Assembly (NCBI GenBank): GCA_026982895.1
Contig: JALWQW010000001.1
Span: forward strand, 17,847-81,846
Reading direction: 5' to 3'
Length of the DNA: 64,000 nt
Source: Candidatus Micrarchaeota archaeon
GTDB lineage: Archaea; Micrarchaeota; Micrarchaeia; Anstonellales; J096
The position numbers and the translations under genes were made by a program. Below the pieces are notes generated by a model. It saw only the letters and a program-made list of their open reading frames with translations, was not told where the DNA came from and did no database searches. Of the stretch, positions 62,983 to 64,000 are shown piece after piece (position 1 is the stretch's first letter; every line of letters starts with the position of its first letter).

Positions 62983-63348
62983 ATGGGCATATTTGATAAG
63001 ATTTTGGGAAAAGATGGTGAAGAATCCGGTGTCCTCGAGAACCTAGATGACATCATAGACAGCGAGGACGTTGATGCCGTAACTCCAGAGGCCAAGATGT
63101 ATGTTAAGAAGATTAGCCTCAGGAACGAAGGTGATGTTGACCTTGTTATAAGAGAGCTTCAAGAAGGCAATGTAGTCATTATAGACACTGCGCCCATAAT
63201 AAAACAGCCCAATCGTTTGAAGAAATTCACAGATAAGATTAAAACAGTTATAAAGAAGAGCAACGGCGACATAGCCGCGTTGGTGCCTAGTCATGAATTA
63301 ATTTTGGCTACACCATCGGCCGTAAAAATCGTAAAGGCGAGGAAATAA
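62983..63348 (+). CDS. sepF: cell division protein SepF (DUF552)
   Basis: MGIFDKILG N-terminal membrane-targeting-like peptide. Core VKKISLRNEGDVDLVIRELQEGNVVIID...GDIAAL. TATA-like ggcttttaaag lies about 35 nt upstream. Confidence 0.75.
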   Translation: MGIFDKILGKDGEESGVLENLDDIIDSEDVDAVTPEAKMYVKKISLRNEGDVDLVIRELQEGNVVIIDTAPIIKQPNRLKKFTDKIKTVIKKSNGDIAALVPSHELILATPSAVKIVKARK

Positions 63349-63386
63349 TCTCGCTATTTATTTTATCTTTTATTCTTCTTATACTT

Positions 63387-63692
63387 TTATCCGAAGATAG
63401 CCTCCAATCCTTCTTTTATTGTTCCTTCTAATTCAACACCTCTTATGCCGAGCTCAGCCAGTGTTGCTTTCATATTTGGGCCTATTCTGCCGACAACAAC
63501 AACCTCTACACCTTTCTCGGCTAGCATTTGGGGAACTGCGAAACCAGCTCCACCACCACCTCTAGCAAAGGGGTTTTCTACAACTTCCTTTAAATTGCCA
63601 TCTTCGAATATAAGATAATAAGGAGCTCTGCCCCCCATAGAACTAATTCTTCCTTTAGCATTATTGCTTTCAGACGCTATTGCTGCTATCAT
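63387..63692 (-). CDS. NifB/NifX-type (dinitrogenase FeMo-cofactor-binding domain) family protein
   Basis: GRAPYYLIFE and VVVVGRIGPNM motifs are typical of the stand-alone family. Confidence 0.7.
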   Translation of the reverse strand: MIAAIASESNNAKGRISSMGGRAPYYLIFEDGNLKEVVENPFARGGGGAGFAVPQMLAEKGVEVVVVGRIGPNMKATLAELGIRGVELEGTIKEGLEAIFG

Positions 63693-64000
63693 TTTTTCCC
63701 TCCATAAGCATATCTATTATTACCCCCTCTATGAGAGAAAGTATTATAATTGTTATTGTAATGGCTATGGCATAATTCCATCCAAAGTATGCTATGAGAA
63801 AAGGAAGCAAGGGAATCTTCACTGCTCTGGCATACAAAAATGTTGCTATGTATCCATAGTTTAATTCAGCCTCTTTTTTCAATCTAGCTAGAAGGGGATA
63901 CCACATATATATGGGCCCTGTTGATATAATTCCTGCTATGACGGAGAACAACCAGAGTTTCCATCCTCTCATTGCTTTGAACTTCGCGGCTAAACTCTTT
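63670..64000 (-). CDS. permease-like membrane protein, C-terminal part (5-prime end beyond window)
   Basis: The frame stays open upstream of the listed Met to the window edge. Hydrophobic. Overlaps the downstream NifX-like gene by 23 nt. Confidence 0.45.
   Translation of the reverse strand, partial: KSLAAKFKAMRGWKLWLFSVIAGIISTGPIYMWYPLLARLKKEAELNYGYIATFLYARAVKIPLLPFLIAYFGWNYAIAITITIIILSLIEGVIIDMLMEGKNDSSNSV

Overview
Densely packed archaeal chromosomal segment, moderately AT-rich by eye. There are many 1-30 nt gene overlaps, and TATA-like boxes of the form cTTTTTAAA sit about 25-30 nt upstream of most starts, so many transcripts look leaderless or short-leadered. Archaeal identity rests on PCNA, Orc1/Cdc6, aEF-1beta, ribosomal protein L34e, GGGP synthase, CDP-archaeol synthase, SepF and class III (pilin-type) signal peptides. 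Housekeeping genes: ApgM (partial), enolase, MetRS, class II RNR split into two ORFs, class II HMG-CoA reductase, SecF/SecD, rhomboid, SppA, cytidylate kinase, agmatinase-like, a CimA/LeuA-family synthase, NUDIX, a RibL-like cytidylyltransferase, SufC and a NitT/TauT-type ABC transporter. RNA genes: one isolated 5S rRNA, tRNA-Asp(GUC), tRNA-Glu(UUC), tRNA-Ala(CGC), and one unclassified GC-rich structured RNA candidate. Surface and secretion genes: a FlaI/PilB-type ATPase with a FlaJ/TadC-type membrane partner, a second orphan 762-aa secretion ATPase, two dispersed pilin-like genes, and several large unknown envelope proteins. The only recognisable defence or TA module is AbiEi/AbiEii. Small proteins, an orphan SufC, a degenerate GS-like protein and many unknown surface proteins resemble a small-genome (DPANN-like) archaeon, but lineage cannot be fixed from this window. 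Best leads for something undescribed: (1) a translationally coupled ThiS/MoaD-like ubiquitin-fold gene plus class III nucleotidyl cyclase; (2) a four-CBS protein fused to an HPF/RaiA-like domain; (3) an array of related hairpins downstream of tRNA-Ala, next to a 39-aa hyperacidic micro-ORF; (4) the unclassified structured RNA; (5) a duplicated-hairpin protein with a histone-H1-like lysine tail behind a duplicated promoter; (6) an unknown three-gene operon ending in an HTH regulator. All functional calls come from by-eye motif recognition. No database search was run.
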